Assembly (NCBI RefSeq): GCF_009914755.1
Contig: NC_060931.1
Direction: 5' to 3' (one strand)
DNA length: 64,000 nt
DNA from: the human T2T-CHM13v2.0 reference genome, Homo sapiens
Shown: positions 16,295 through 30,062 of the stretch, piece by piece
How the letters are laid out: each line of letters starts with the position of its first letter
How positions within the stretch are numbered: position 1 is the first letter of the stretch
The notes under the pieces: generated by a model
What the model saw: only the letters and a program-made list of their open reading frames with translations
Told to the model about the DNA's origin: nothing
Databases searched by the model: none
Position numbers and translations under genes: made by a program

Positions 16295-17585
16295 TGTTTG
16301 GATAATTTTTATGTTATTTTTTAATGCATTTTTATCCTTTTGTCTGTATTATTGTGCTTCCTTTTTTATTAAAGAAGAGTTGGATGTATCTTACTTTGGC
16401 TTTATGTTTAAAGTGAAACAGTAAATTGAAAGATTTTAACAGGTCGTGGTATGTCAATGAAAGAACCTAGAAATTAGCAGAAAAATGCAGGAAGCCAACT
16501 ATAGATATTGGAAAAATAATACATACCATAACTTGAGTTAGGTAATGTACACTATCGAGTCTTTGAATTTCAATAAAGTATGTCAAAGTAGACATTGTAT
16601 GTCATTTTCCCTTCTGTTGGGAGAACTGATAATCCGCCTACCCATCTGCCTTCCTACCTTTCTTAGTTTTCTTTCTTTTTCTTTTATTCTGCCTAAGTCC
16701 AGAAAAGATTTGGGGTCTATATAAGTAAGTTATGGAAAATAAAATACGTGAGGAGGAAGGGAAATGAAGGGAAATTGGGTACACCCTGTTAGTACCTGCA
16801 TTTAAATTCTGTGAAGTTGCTTGAAGACGGATGGATCTGTGTCTGAGCTTCCTGATTAGCAAGTCTGTTGTCTATGGTGCGATTAATATCTTCTCAGCCT
16901 AACTCTGATATAGTCACTGCCCTGTATAAGAAATGTCAGTGGCTCTCTATCACATCTATTTAAGGTATATAAGAACCCGTACCCTTTTCAGGCTTATCTT
17001 ATTTTTCTCCTCAATGAACCCCACTCTGTTCAACATGTAGAGCTGCTTACCTTCCCCAGGTCCAGTTTTCTTGCTTGGAGGCCTTTGAATGACCCTTCCT
17101 CACCACTGGGAGTGTCCTGTTTACTTATCTTCAACACCCAGCTCCTACTCCATTCTTCTGTGAGGCCTTCCTGGGTGACGCTGACATTTGTTACCTCTCT
17201 CAGTTCTGGAACTTACCTTAGTACTGGGGTTGTCTTCTCTAATAGGCTTAGCTTTTTGAGGGCAAGGGACATCTAAGTACATTTTGTGGGGTGTATATAG
17301 AGTGAAGCAGTTGGCAGCTGTATTTATGGTTGCTCTCTTAGTTAAGTAATATACTGCCCAGCACACAAAAGGAGCCAAATAAGTGAAGAATAAAGGGCAC
17401 TTTGTGAGGAGGCTGATTATAGTGGTGCTAGGGGCATGGAATTGGGGAGGAGGGAAGCAGTTGAATATACCTGAGCAAAACCAAACTGTTTCATATGTGT
17501 CATGAATCATATCCCTTTTCTTTTTGCTTATTCATTTGTTGACTTTCGGTTCTTTTCACCTCTAGTGCTATCCACTGAACTTCCT

Positions 17586-17933
17586 CCATCCCCCTACCTC
17601 CCCTTCCCTCCCGTTCCCTCCTCCACCTCCCCTCCCCTCCCCTCTCCTCTTTGACAGAGTCTTGCTCTGTCACCCAGGCTGGAGTGCAGTGGCACAATCT
17701 TGGCTTACTGGAACCTCCACCTCCCTAGTTCAAGCAATTCCCTTGCCTCAGCATCCCGAGTAGCTGGGATTACAGGCACATGCCACCATGCTGGCTAATT
17801 GTTTTGTATTTTTAGTAGAGACAGGGTTTCACTATGTTGGCCAGACTTGTCTCGAACTTCTGACCTCAGGCAATCTGCATGCCTTGGGCTCCCAAAGTGC
17901 TGGGATGACAGGCGTGAGCCACTGCACCCGGCC
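17586..17933 (-). mobile_element. AluS-type element with a C/T-rich low-complexity tail (17586-17651)
   Basis: Reverse-complement Alu body 17652-17933 preceded by a (CCCT/CCCCT)-like tract. Confidence 0.93.
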
Positions 17934-19769
17934 CCCCTCTTTCTAAGGTGGCTTATCTATTCATTGAACAACAAACATTGCAATAGGGTAGTCATTGTTT
18001 GCAAGACTTGTGGTTTCATACTGAGTTCTCTAAATGTGGGGAAGTTGCTAAGTTTGGCTCTTCTTCAGCTAGCACAGCGGTAGAAGCAGACCTACCACCC
18101 TCTTTCCTTTTAGTAACTTGAACTTCTCCCTGTTTCAATGCTTATAAACCACCTCTCTCCCAAAACAAATATGTATTGTGGTTAAGAATAGTGGAAAGAG
18201 TGACATGATTTTTAATTGTGGTTGAGCAGGAAATTGTTTTAAGTTAGTTTAGAATTCATTGATCCAACATTCTTTATACTTTTAAAAAGTAATACAGTTT
18301 TGCATACTGTATAATTAGCAGTAACTTTTAAATATACTACGTTTCTGAGGACCTTCAGTAAAATACATAGAAAGGAAAACATCCGGCTTAAAATTTGTGA
18401 CTTTTCAATCTGTATACATTTTCAGTTCCTCTTATTTAAAGTGATAGACTAATAAATATTTTAATATAATGGTTGAAGTCTTTATTAAGATTAAATTAGG
18501 ATCTTAAACTTTCTGTGTGTCTCCATTAAAGATGTGTTTTTGGCTTCATTATTTGACAGTGTTGTGGTATGGCATTTAATGGAGAACAAGATCTCTTACT
18601 TTGGAATGTATCTGGTCAAATGGAGTTCCTTTCATATTTGCCCAGGAAGCTTATTTTTCTAAAGATTATGGAAATAACAGATGTGGAACAAGCAAGCACT
18701 GCATGTCTTTCATTCAGAGTTCTCTGAGGAACCACCTTGGGTAGGCTTTTGTTTGTCACACACATAGCAAGTATGTCTTTACCCTGACTGATGCAATAGT
18801 CCAGCCTCCTGTGGGGTATCATCCACTAACAATAATGCCATAACCCATTAGTTGATTGCAAACTCTCTGAATCCATAGGGACTTGCCCCAGTCCAAATGA
18901 GTGACTAATTCTTAAACTACAAGGTAAAGCTGAGGTCCTAAGGGAGGAGGGACATGTTAAGGTTTGACTGTTTATTTTGCTTGTTATTACTGCAGGATCA
19001 TTAAAGAAATGTTTATATCCTGTTGGGGTTCTATGTTCTTAACCACTATATAAGGATGAATAAGCTTTGTTTTTTTTGCTTCTACCTCTCTTATATTTCT
19101 TTCCATTCTCTACCCTCCCTCTCCTAAGGAAAAATGGTGTTCACACTCATTGGGTCTAAATAAACCCAAACGTCTTTTCTTTGAATATTTTATTACCTTA
19201 TCTGTTTATCTATTAATGAGAAATTATACAAATGCATATTTGAAGTTCTTAGTAAAAGCCCAAGGACTTAAACGCAGCTCTGGAAACACCTGTCATCTAT
19301 CTTTTATTTAGTAAATCTCCCTTTGTCCCAGATTCCTCATTTGGAAAATATGTCATGAATTTGTTATGTTGGTATCATAAAAGATGTAATTGTACAAGAG
19401 ATAGTAAAGTATCACATGTTCATTTAGAATGATCACACATAAATATGTGCTTTTTTCTCTCAACCGTGACCTGTAACTATCCTTTTTTGAATGTCACAAA
19501 AATCTCATGTCTATAAGCCTCTCCACACTGATGAGATTGAGGCCTAAAACCATCATCTCCCAGCTCTGTCACAATTTCCAGATTTGTCTCTGTCTTTAGG
19601 TTTGCTCACTTTTGAGCACATAGAATTATGCCATCCTTTTCAAATTACATGTCAGCTCCTTACTTTATCCTACCCCCAGTAGTGAGCGCCTTAGTTGCCT
19701 TGCTTCATCTTTTGATGTGTTTTTACACTGTTTGTCATGCCAGCATTTCTTGTGAGCACCCTCCCCAAG

Positions 19770-19820
<51 letters not shown>

Positions 19821-19822
19821 AC
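19770..19822 (+). repeat. (CA)n microsatellite
   Basis: Direct reading. Confidence 0.95.
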
Positions 19823-20253
19823 ATTCTTAACCTATGGACATTTGCTGCTGTAAATTCATTATATATGGTGCATTGAAAATGTTTGCTCTGTGTTTCTTTC
19901 TGGACCTTGTGCTAGCAACTTTGTTTTGTCATTTTTGTCAAGTGATTTTCTTTTTTCTTTTTTTTTTCCAAATCAGCTAAGTCACTGATAAGATTGATGA
20001 GTATGAGAGATTGATCATTTTACAATTTCCATCCTGCGGCCATATGAGAGGTTGTATTTGGTACCTAGATTAGATCAAAGAGTGTCAGAACTCAATGGGC
20101 TGTATAACATGTGGCAGGTAGCAGAGTAAATTGGAAAGAATAAGAATACCAGAAGGAGCCAAGAAATACCTGTTGGAAACCCCAATCTGCCCTAACTAAC
20201 TTTGGGCCTTTGAGAACAAGTTACTTTATCTCTCTGGATATCAGTTTTCTATC

Positions 20254-20736
20254 TTGTATTAGTTTCCTGTGGCTGCTGTAACAAATTACCACAAACTTGG
20301 TGGCCTAAAACAAAGGAAATGTATTTTCTCACAGTTCCAGAAGCCAGAAGTCCAAAATCAGTTTCACTGGGCTGAAATGAAGGTGTCAGTAGGACCTTGC
20401 TCCCCACAAAGACTCCAGGGGACAATCTGTTTCTTATCTCTTCTAGCATCTGGTGGCTGCTGGCATTCTTTGGTTTGTGACTGTATCACTCCAGTCTTTG
20501 CCTTTGGGGTCACATTGCCTTCTTTTGCGTGTGTGTCAAATCTCCTCCTCCTTCACTCTTATATGCATATGTGTGATTGTATTTTGGGACCACCTGGATA
20601 ATCTGAGATAATCTCCCCATCTCAGAACCTTTAAGCATGTCTGGGAAGTCCTTTTTTTTCCCTAAGAGGTAACATTCACAAGTTCTAGGGATAAGGATGT
20701 GGGTATCTTTTGGGAGGTTGTTATTCAGCTACTAAA
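20254..20736 (-). mobile_element. MaLR solo LTR (MLT1C/D-like) inserted into a MIR
   Basis: tgtattagtttcctgtggctgctgtaacaaattaccacaaacttggtggc...aggtaacattcacaagttctagg; MIR core (caagttacttta...tcagtttt) immediately left. Confidence 0.85.
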
Positions 20737-20783
20737 CGCCTGAAATAATATCTGAAGTCATGCTGGCTTGGCTTGTAATTGCT

Positions 20784-20920
20784 ATTCATTTCATTCATTT
20801 GTTCATTCACCAAACTTTTATTTCATGCCTAATATGTGCCAGACACTGTTCTAGGCAATAGGAATAACCCACTGATCATGCCTTTAGTAAATTCATTATA
20901 TTGTTGGTGAGATTACCATA
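20784..20920 (-). mobile_element. L2 3'-end fragment
   Basis: ttcattcatttgttcattcacc...tatgtgccagacactgttctagg. Confidence 0.7.
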
Positions 20921-21189
20921 CAGAATAAATGCTAAAATAAAGGTAAAAGAGACAATTTAGACTATTGGATTAATTCTTTGTATGTCTCCTTTTGCACAGT
21001 TCTGGAGCACAAGCCACCAGCATGCCTCAGTACTTGTAAATCATTTCAGTAACTATAAGGATTATGTGTAGTGTAGCCTGTGGACCAGAAAGTATTTTAC
21101 AGAGGTCAAAGCATGCATCAGCTTAAATTCAATTCAGGTGTATATATTGAGTACAAAAATAAAGTTTAGACCTCCACCACAATTATACA

Positions 21190-21367
21190 ATTTTTGTCAA
21201 CCCTGGCTGCACATCAGCATCAATAGCAGGCCTTTACAAACTACTCATACCTGTCCCCCTACCCCACCTTGTGCTTGGTTCTAGGTGGAGCCCAGGGGTC
21301 CTTTAAAAAAATCTTATTAGCGGATTCTTACATGCTGAGGGCATTGAACAGAGAGAACCTGTGGTCT
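21190..21367. mobile_element. MER5-family MITE (degraded)
   Basis: tcaaccctggctgcacatcag...gtggagcccagg...gagaacc. Confidence 0.55.
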
Positions 21368-22084
21368 GAAGAATAGGAAAACCAAATACAAGGGTACTGA
21401 TACAAATGCAAGTCAAAATACTGTAAGTTTTCTCAGGATATATAGAAACAAAATAGTTTGGATACTCAGAGGAAAATGAGATCACATCTGGCTCAAGGGA
21501 AATTTGAAGACGGAAGTGTTTGAAATATCCTTGATGGATGTGTAAAATTTCAACAGGCATTGATTAGGGGAGGGTGGAGGAAAGGGAATCCACAGAGGTC
21601 TGGAGTAGGGGAAAAGGTGTGTGTCATGGCTGGCAGCAGGGCCCAGGAGCCAAGATCTAGGCACCAATTCTCTCTCCTTTTGCTGAGACTTTCTGGCCTG
21701 GAAACTTGAAGAGCTTGAGAATTCTAAATTTAAATCTGGTCCTCTAGGTCATTGTGAAGGTATATTTTTTCAAGGCAGGAGGGTAAAATGTATTTTATTT
21801 GACAGGTAATAGGTTGATTTATACTTTTTAAAAATTTAGAAACATGATTTCTGGGCTTCCATTTGTACTCTTGCTCTATGTCGTACAAGTATTAGGAGCA
21901 GGCTTCTGTGGGGGAAATAAAAATGGAGAGGAATGTTTTAAAGTGTTTCAAAAGAAGAATAGCCAATATGTGATGACTGACGGGAAAACAGACAAACATA
22001 GTGGGAGGTAACAAAGGTAATTTAAAAGTTCAAGAATGACAGTAGAATTAGTGGGAGTGAGACATATTGATGGAAAAGATAGCT

Positions 22085-22310
22085 AGCATTTGTTGAGTTT
22101 TTCTCACAAGCCAGGGGCTTTCACTGCATTTTCTTTATGTCAATGAATTATTTTCATAAGCCTTGAGGTAGGTACTATTCTTATCCCATTTTACAGACGG
22201 GAAATTGAGACTTTGAGGGGTTAGTTATCTTGCTCTATCAAGGTCTTACAGTAAATCTAGCTCTTGGATCCAGGTACCTTAATTCCAGAGTTTGTATTGT
22301 TAACCACAGT
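22085..22310 (-). mobile_element. MIR
   Basis: gaggtaggtactattcttatcccattttacagacgggaaattgagact. Confidence 0.8.
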
Positions 22311-22500
22311 TCTGCTAGTTGTCAGGAGATTGGCTTGAGAATAAGGCTGATGAAGAGTAGTTGAATTCAAAGACAGGAATTTAAGAATCATCAGAAGAGA
22401 GGTCACAGTCAAAAACTTGGGTAGTCAGCAAGCATCACCTTATCAATTAAAAAACGGAAGAAAGAGAGAAGAGTAGAGGGACAAGACTAAATGTCACTGA

Positions 22501-22865
<365 letters not shown>

Positions 22866-23182
22866 TTAAAAAAAGCCCTTGAATATTTAAGTAAGCAAAT
22901 GAACCAATCCCTCAATCGTGAATTTTTCTACCTGTGCTTCAGATTCTACATACATAATAATTACGATGGCTAGAAGGAGACAAATCTAAAGAATTTCCTC
23001 AACTTTTGCTGCCTGTTTTTGTGACCCTGATTCAGTTTCAAATCCTTGGGGATCTTCCTTGGATTCCATTTTTTCACCTTACTCCATCTTTTCCCCCACA
23101 GAAGATAGCTGCTTTTGGAAGGTTATCCTAGCATAAGAAGATTGGCAGAACACTTCACTACTTTTGTCATTTTAAACAGTTT

Positions 23183-23328
23183 CTTTAATTTAAATTTTTC
23201 ATTTTTCTGTAGAGATGGGGGTCTCGCTATGTTGCCTAGGCTGATCTCAAAATCTTGGCCTCAAGAGATCCTCCTGCTTTGGCCTCCCAAAGTGTTGTGA
23301 TTACAGACATGGGCCATCACACCTGGCC
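23183..23328 (-). mobile_element. Free left Alu monomer (FLAM_C-like) with perfect TSD
   Basis: Single monomer; TSD attttaaacagttt at 23169-23182 and 23329-23342. Confidence 0.88.
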
Positions 23329-23561
23329 ATTTTAAACAGTTTGTAAACTAAGGTATTAAAGTAACAATACATAAATGGTAAAGTATCCTGGGCTGTTGAG
23401 TGTCTTTCTCCTCCCCTCCTCTTCGAGTGCCCTGAAACTTTTTTCATTCTACCATTCTCACAATGAGTATGCATAAAAAGTCACTATTAAATAATCCAGG
23501 AAAATAAAACTATTGCCTTTAAAATATATAAATTATACATTTTTTTGTTACCTGTTATTGC

Positions 23562-24212
23562 ATGTTGAGTATTCCTCATCTGACATGCTTGGGACCAGAA
23601 GTTTTTAGATTTTGTATTTGTTTGGATTTTGGAATATTTGCATATAAATAATGAGCTATTGGCCGGGCGCGGCAGCTCATGCCTGTAATCCTAGCACTTT
23701 GGGAGGCTGAGGCAGGCAGATCACCTGAGGTTGGGTGTTCGAGACCCGCCTGACCAACATGGAGAAACCCCGTCTCTACTAAAAATACGAAGTTAGCTGA
23801 GCGTTGCGGCACATGCCTGTAATTCCAGCTCTACTTGGGAGGCTGAGGCAGGAGAATTGCTTGAACCCAGGAGGGTGAGGTTGCGGTGAGCCAAGATCTC
23901 TCCATAGCACTCCAGCATGGGCAACAAGAGTGAAACTCCATCTCAAATAAATAAAAAAATAAATAATGAGCTATCTTGGGGATGAGACCCAAGTCTAAAC
24001 ATGAAATTAATTTATGTTTCATACATACCATATGCAAATAGCCTGAAGGTAATTTTATTCAATATTTTAAGTAATTTTGTGCACGAAACAAAATTTGTAT
24101 ACCTGAGGTAAGGTGAGGAATTTCCACGTGTGGCATCATGTTGGTGTTCAAAAAGTTTCAGATTTTGGAATATTTTGGATTTCAGATTTTCAAAATAGGT
24201 ATATTCAACTTA
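23562..24212. mobile_element. Tigger4/MER46-family DNA transposon relic interrupted by an Alu
   Basis: Degenerate TIRs catgttgagtat ... atattcaactt; atgcttgggaccagaag; cttggggatgagacccaagtctaaacatgaaatt. Confidence 0.8.
23661..23958 (+). mobile_element. AluSp-like element nested in the Tigger4 relic
   Basis: gaccaacatggagaaacccc diagnostic; exact 16-nt TSD ataaataatgagctat at 23644-23659 and 23959-23974. Confidence 0.95.
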
Positions 24213-24759
24213 TATTAACCAGATCAAATGTTCTATGCTTGTCTTGTTCTCTTGACCCTCGGATTATTTCACAATCAGAATCCAGCATATTCATTTGAAA
24301 GGTGTAGGGTATTGAATAAAAAGGATTTCAGAACAGCTATATAGTTGTGTCAGATATTTTAATATTATAGTACTGTATTTTTGTGCTATTGTATCAGAGT
24401 CACATTTTTATTAAAATTTATGATTTACACCTAATCTCTTAAAAAATACTGCAGAGCTTGCCTTAGTCTGTATCCTGCATGTCCTATTTCTTTTTCTAGT
24501 ACTGTAATTGAGTTGCTATGTAAAATGTGGTCTGCCTATGTAATTCTTCCCACCTAACTTTATTAGGAAAATTAATAGAATAGCAATATCACAAAAGTGT
24601 TTGATTAGAATCATGGGAAATGAAACTAATTTGCAATAAAGCCCAAGACTGGCTTTCAAAGCAAGTGATTTTTATGGTTAGAAGTCAAACAACTTTACTT
24701 ACAGACAGTGATCGAGGCAAAAAAAGTCCATTTGTTATTTGAAAGACATCAGGAAAGCC

Positions 24760-24948
24760 ACTGATTCTCAGTTTGGACTATACATTAAAATAACCTGGAG
24801 AACTAAAAATGAAAACCAAAAGTCTGAACCAGGACCACCACCTCAATGATACTGACTTAATTTGACTTTTATGAGGCTTAGGCGTGAGTATTCGTTAAAC
24901 CTCCAAGGTAATTATAATGTGCAACTAATGTTGAGGACTGCTATTAAA
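24760..24948. mobile_element. MER5B-like MITE
   Basis: ctgattctcagtttgg...aataacctggag...ctccaaggtaattataatgtgcaactaatgttgaggactgct. Confidence 0.6.
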
Positions 24949-25509
24949 GCAAGCATCAGGAAAGCACAAAGAACAGGATAAAGTAAATAAATATAAAATC
25001 CTTACCATTTAGGAGATGACATGTCCTTTCTAAAAGAGGAAATATTGTCTATTAAGTTATGAAAACTAAACTTTTAGTTCTATTTTGAAAAGAGACAAAT
25101 TAATCTCATTTAAATATTGTTACAAGCATAGATAAGAGTACATATCTATACTTTTTAAAAAGCCCCTTTTTTTTCTCTTTGTATTTAAACTCACTTATCT
25201 TCTTATATTCAAGATTATTAAATCTCAGCTATGGGCCTCGTTTTCCCCTACCTTCATATTGTTCCAACTTATGAATTGAAACTGTACATTAATTTCCAAA
25301 TGAATAATTTAAAATCAATGGAGTAAATGGGACACTTGCAGTCAATGAAAAAATCCAGCGATTATCTCGGGCATTTTTTTTCTCCATAAAGAAAGCATGA
25401 TTACTCTTACAAAATGGTATTTTGTCACTTCGTGCAAAGTATCTTGATCATTCTGGGCCTATGTTGCTTTTTCTGTAAAACTGGGATATCACATATTGCT
25501 GAATTGCAG

Positions 25510-26930
25510 TGACCATTTATTGAGTGTTCATTGTATTTCAGGTTCTAAGTGTATTAAGTACTTTATATGTGATATCTCATTTTATCAGATTGAAAACACT
25601 ATGGAGTAAGGACTATTTTCTAAAATCCTATTTTGAAGATGGAAAACCAAGCCTTAGAGACTTGCCTAGCTAGGTTAACATGTCTAAAGTTATATTTCTT
25701 GTTATCGACTGGGCCAGGATCTGAATTTAGGCAGTCCAACACGGTAGCCACTGGTAACAAGGTAGCGCTAACCCTCTGTGAAGACAAATTTTTCTGTTTA
25801 GCTGACTGGTTAAGACTAAAATTAAAGCTTGTACCTTCTTTACAGGGACGTTTTCCAAAAAGACAGTCTTGATATTTCCCAACTGAGCAACAGGTTTTTC
25901 TGTTGAAGCTAACAAGGAACAGGTGCACTGCTGGTGTTGGCATGTGCCGCTGGCACCGGACTTGTGGTAGGATGGTGCTTTCTGGTGCTGGTTGGGTTTT
26001 AAGGAAGGAGCATGACACTCAAAAATTCCCAAAGCCCATAAGACTCTGCCCCACTCTTCACTACCAAATCTTAGGGAAAACTTCGGGTAGGGAGAAAATA
26101 GAAGAGAGCTCTTCTGGATTAACATGAAGTGGCTTGAGGAATGTCAGGAGTGGGAAGCCAGGAAAATTTGTGGTCAGAAGACCTTAATTAAATTCCTGGC
26201 TCTGCTCTTCATGCCCTGAAAGTCACTCAACTTTTCTGAATCTCAGTTTTCTCAACTTTAAAATAGAAATGATGATGTGGTAATTGAATTCCATACTTCA
26301 AAGGACAGATGATCAAATAAGATAATGTACTGTAAAAACTCTAAATAAAGCATAAGGTGGTTTTGAAAACTGTTAATGTTAATAAAAGCAGATTTTTATT
26401 TTCTAATTGGAAGACTTTATCTCTTTAACATGCAGAATAAAAGTAAAACAATATTTACTCTACAGAACTACTTAAATTAGAATGCCTGTGTGGTATACTT
26501 GGACTGACTTTTACTTCCCCAAAGTGTTCAAAACCCCTAGGCATTTAAGCAACTTTCAGTGTATTAGTTACTGCCTAATGGGCAAACCCTATGATCTTTT
26601 CTCAGTCTTCATAGAATTATAGCAGTAATAATTTATTATTCAATAAGTGTACATTGAGTACCTACTATGTCCCTGGAATGGGTTTAAGTCATTGGAAATA
26701 ACAGTCAGTGAAAATAAAGGTGGGCAAAAATGAAATTGTCTATTAAGCACCTAATGTGGACAAAGTGTTACATATAATCTCATTGAATCTTCACAGCAAT
26801 CCTGTGACATAGGTTTTACTGGCATTACTTATAAATGAGGATACTGAGGGTCAGAGAGTTTAAGAGGCATGTCTGGCACATCCTAGCAAGGAGAAAAGTA
26901 GAACTGGGATTAAAACCCTATTCTATCTTC
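25510..26930. mobile_element. Cluster of MIR (~25510-25740, ~26160-26360, ~26740-26930) and L2 (~26630-26710) fragments
   Basis: MIR core motifs (ctcagttttctcaac, aaatgaggatactgagggtcagagagtttaag); L2 motif attgagtacctactatgtccc. Confidence 0.65.
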
Positions 26931-27428
26931 TTTTCTAGCAAGTGGCTTTTCTTGTGACCATTTATTTGTTAATTCATTTATTCATACTTCACTCAGTAGT
27001 CGTTTGACTTTCTTCTTTCTATGAACATCACAGATATTTTCTTAGCCAGCTGTGGTTAAAACCATGGCACCATCTTTAAAACTCTTAACTCTATTCCCCT
27101 CCACATCAAATCTGTTCCAATCTTGACAAACCTTGTCTTCCATTTTTGTTGCCAACCTTTTGCACTTATTACTCCTTGCTGCTACTATTCTACTAGACTT
27201 AGAACTAGTCTACTTTCCCTCTCCCCTCCATTCAGCCTAATCCATACAGTGTTGCCTAGTGAATCTTACTAAAGCACAAATCTAATTATGTAATTTCTCG
27301 AAAATCTTCCATGGCTTGCCATGGCCTACAGAAATTGTCAGTAATCACAAGGCATTCCTACTGTCAAGGGTATAGGGCAAACCATATTTTCAGCCTTCTT
27401 CAGTGTGCTTCTTCCTGTGCACAAAATT

Positions 27429-29115
27429 CATGTTTCCCAGGCTTGTCTGATAAGAATCACCTGGGGCTAAAATAATTCATAGATTCAGTGGTATTCCCAT
27501 CAAAATACCATTGACATTCTTCACAGAATTAGAAAAAACTATTTTAAATTTCATATGGAATCAAAGAAGACCCTGTGCAGCCAAGACAATCTTAAGCAAA
27601 AAGAACAAAGCTGGAGGCATCATGCTACCTGATTTCAAACTATACTACAAGTCTACAGTAACCAAAACAGCATGGTACTGGTACCAAGACAGACATATAG
27701 ACCAATGGAGCAGAACAGAGGCCTCAGAAATAGCACCACACATCTACAACCATCTGATCTTTGACAAAACTGACAAAAACAAGCAATGAGGAAAGGATTT
27801 CCTGTTAAATAAATGGCGTTGGGAAAACTGGCTAGCTATATGCAGAAAATTGAAACTGGACCCCTTCCTTACACCTTATACAAAAATTAATTCAAGATGG
27901 ATTAAAGACTTAAATGTAAAACCTCACACCATAAAAACCCTAGAAGAAAACCTAGGCAGTTTCATTCAGGACATAGGCATGAGCAAAGACTTCATGACAA
28001 AAACGCCAAAAGCAATTGCAACAAAAGCCAAAATTGACAAATGGGATCTAATTAAACTAAAGAGCTTCTGCACAGCAAAAGAAACTATCAGAGTGAACAG
28101 GCAACTTACAGAATGGGAGAAAATTTTTGCAATCTACCCATCTGACAAAGGTCTAATATCCAGAATTTACAGGGAACTTAAACATATTTACAAGAAAAAG
28201 ACAACCCTATCAAAAAGTGGGCAAAGGATATGAACAGACACTTCTCAAAAGAAGACGTTTACATAGCCAGCGAACATGTGAAAAAATCTCAACATCACTG
28301 ATCATCAGAGAAATGCAAATCAAAACCACAATGAGATACTATCTCATGCCAGTTAGAATGGCGATTATTAAAAAGTCAGGAAACAATAGATGCTGGCGAG
28401 GCTTTGGAGAAATAGGAATGCTTTTACACTGTTGGTGGGGATGAAAATTAGTTCAACCATTGTGGAAGACAGTATGGCAATTCCTCAAGGATCTAGAATC
28501 AGAAATACCATTTGACCCAGCAATCCCATTACTGGGTATATGCCCAAAGGAATATAAATCATTCTGCTATAAAGACAAATGTACATGTATGTTTATTGCA
28601 GCACTATTTACAATAGCAAAGACATGGAACCAACCCAAATGCCCATCAATGATAGACTGGCTAAAGAAAATGTGGTACATATACACCATGGAATACTGTG
28701 CATCCATAAAAAGGAATGAGATCATGTCCTTTGCAGGGACACGGATGAAGCTGGAAGCCATCATCCTCAGCAAACTAACACAGGAACAGAAAACCAAACA
28801 CCGCATGTTCTCACTCGTAAGCAGGAGTTGAACATTGAGAACACATCACATAGAGAGGGGAACAACACACTCCAGGGCCTGTTGAGGGGTGGGGGGTGAG
28901 GGGAGGGAATTTAGAGGACAGGTCAATAGGTGCAGCAAACCACCATGGCACATATATACCTATGTGACAAACCTGCACATTCTGTACATGTATCCTGTTT
29001 TTGTTTGTTTGTTTGTTTGTTTTAGAAGAAATAAAGAAAAAAAAGAATCACGTGGGGCTTATTAGTATGTGAGTTCCCAGACCCCACTTGACCATACTGA
29101 GCCAGAATCTGCAAG
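27429..29115. mobile_element. MER5A1 MITE split by an L1 insertion
   Basis: tgtttcccaggcttgtctgataagaatcacctggggct | L1 | ...ttcccagacccc...actgagccagaatct. Confidence 0.7.
27469..29042 (+). mobile_element. 5'-truncated LINE-1 (~1.57 kb, L1PA8A-like): ORF2 C-terminal remnants plus 3'UTR
   Basis: ORF2 fragments 27511-28831 ([16 protein letters not shown]..., HRMFSL); 17-nt TSD aagaatcac(c/g)tggggct at 27452-27468 and 29043-29059; T-rich stretch before the A tail. Confidence 0.95.
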
Positions 29116-29449
29116 GATTTACAGAGCCTTGTGGGGCATGGTAAGACTGGTGTTCCTCCCAAAGACCCAGAACACAGGTGCATGCCTGTGATTATCCTAG
29201 GTCTCTTGCTAGCACTGTGTGTTGAGGTAGTCAGCCAGTGTCATCTGATGTGATGACACTTTGTCATATCTGAGACCTCCCAGTCACCCTTTCTCACGCA
29301 TTACTGAGGTGCAAACCAAGTGTCAAAAAACCCAAAGACACATTAATTAAATTGAATCCTCCAAAGAAGTGTTTTTCTCACATTTTTAAGAGCATGAGAT
29401 ATTTTTATGTGAGCACAATGTGAAACACATAAAAAGATTTAACTTGTAA

Positions 29450-29785
<336 letters not shown>

Positions 29786-29829
29786 ATAAATAACTTGTTT
29801 AGCTCATATGTGATTGTCCAATTTTGGGC

Positions 29830-29970
29830 ATGTATACATAGATACATATACATATATAAATGTATATAAATAAATATGTGTATATGTGTACATAAATGAT
29901 TATGGGCATATGTATTTGTGTGTTTGAATATATGTGCTTAGGGATAGGGACACACATGTACATGCATAGA
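29830..29970. repeat. Degenerate (TA)/(TATG) low-complexity repeat
   Basis: Direct reading. Confidence 0.7.
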
Positions 29971-29994
29971 TGACTTGCCTTCGCCAAAATTTAT

Positions 29995-30062
29995 ACAGAT
30001 GTTTCTCAACTTACAATGGGGCTATATCCTGATAAACCCATTATAAGTCAAAAAATTGTAAT
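29995..30062. mobile_element. Tigger5/MER47-like terminal fragment
   Basis: ta cagatgtttctcaacttacaatggggctatatcctgataaacccattataagtc. Confidence 0.65.

Noticed and set aside
25620-26127. Four overlapping ORFs of 74-132 aa
   Set aside because: No recognisable domain or convincing splice signals; partly MIR-derived; consistent with chance ORFs.
27511-28831. Plus-strand ORFs of 75-127 aa
   Set aside because: C-terminal L1 ORF2 remnants with stops and frameshifts.
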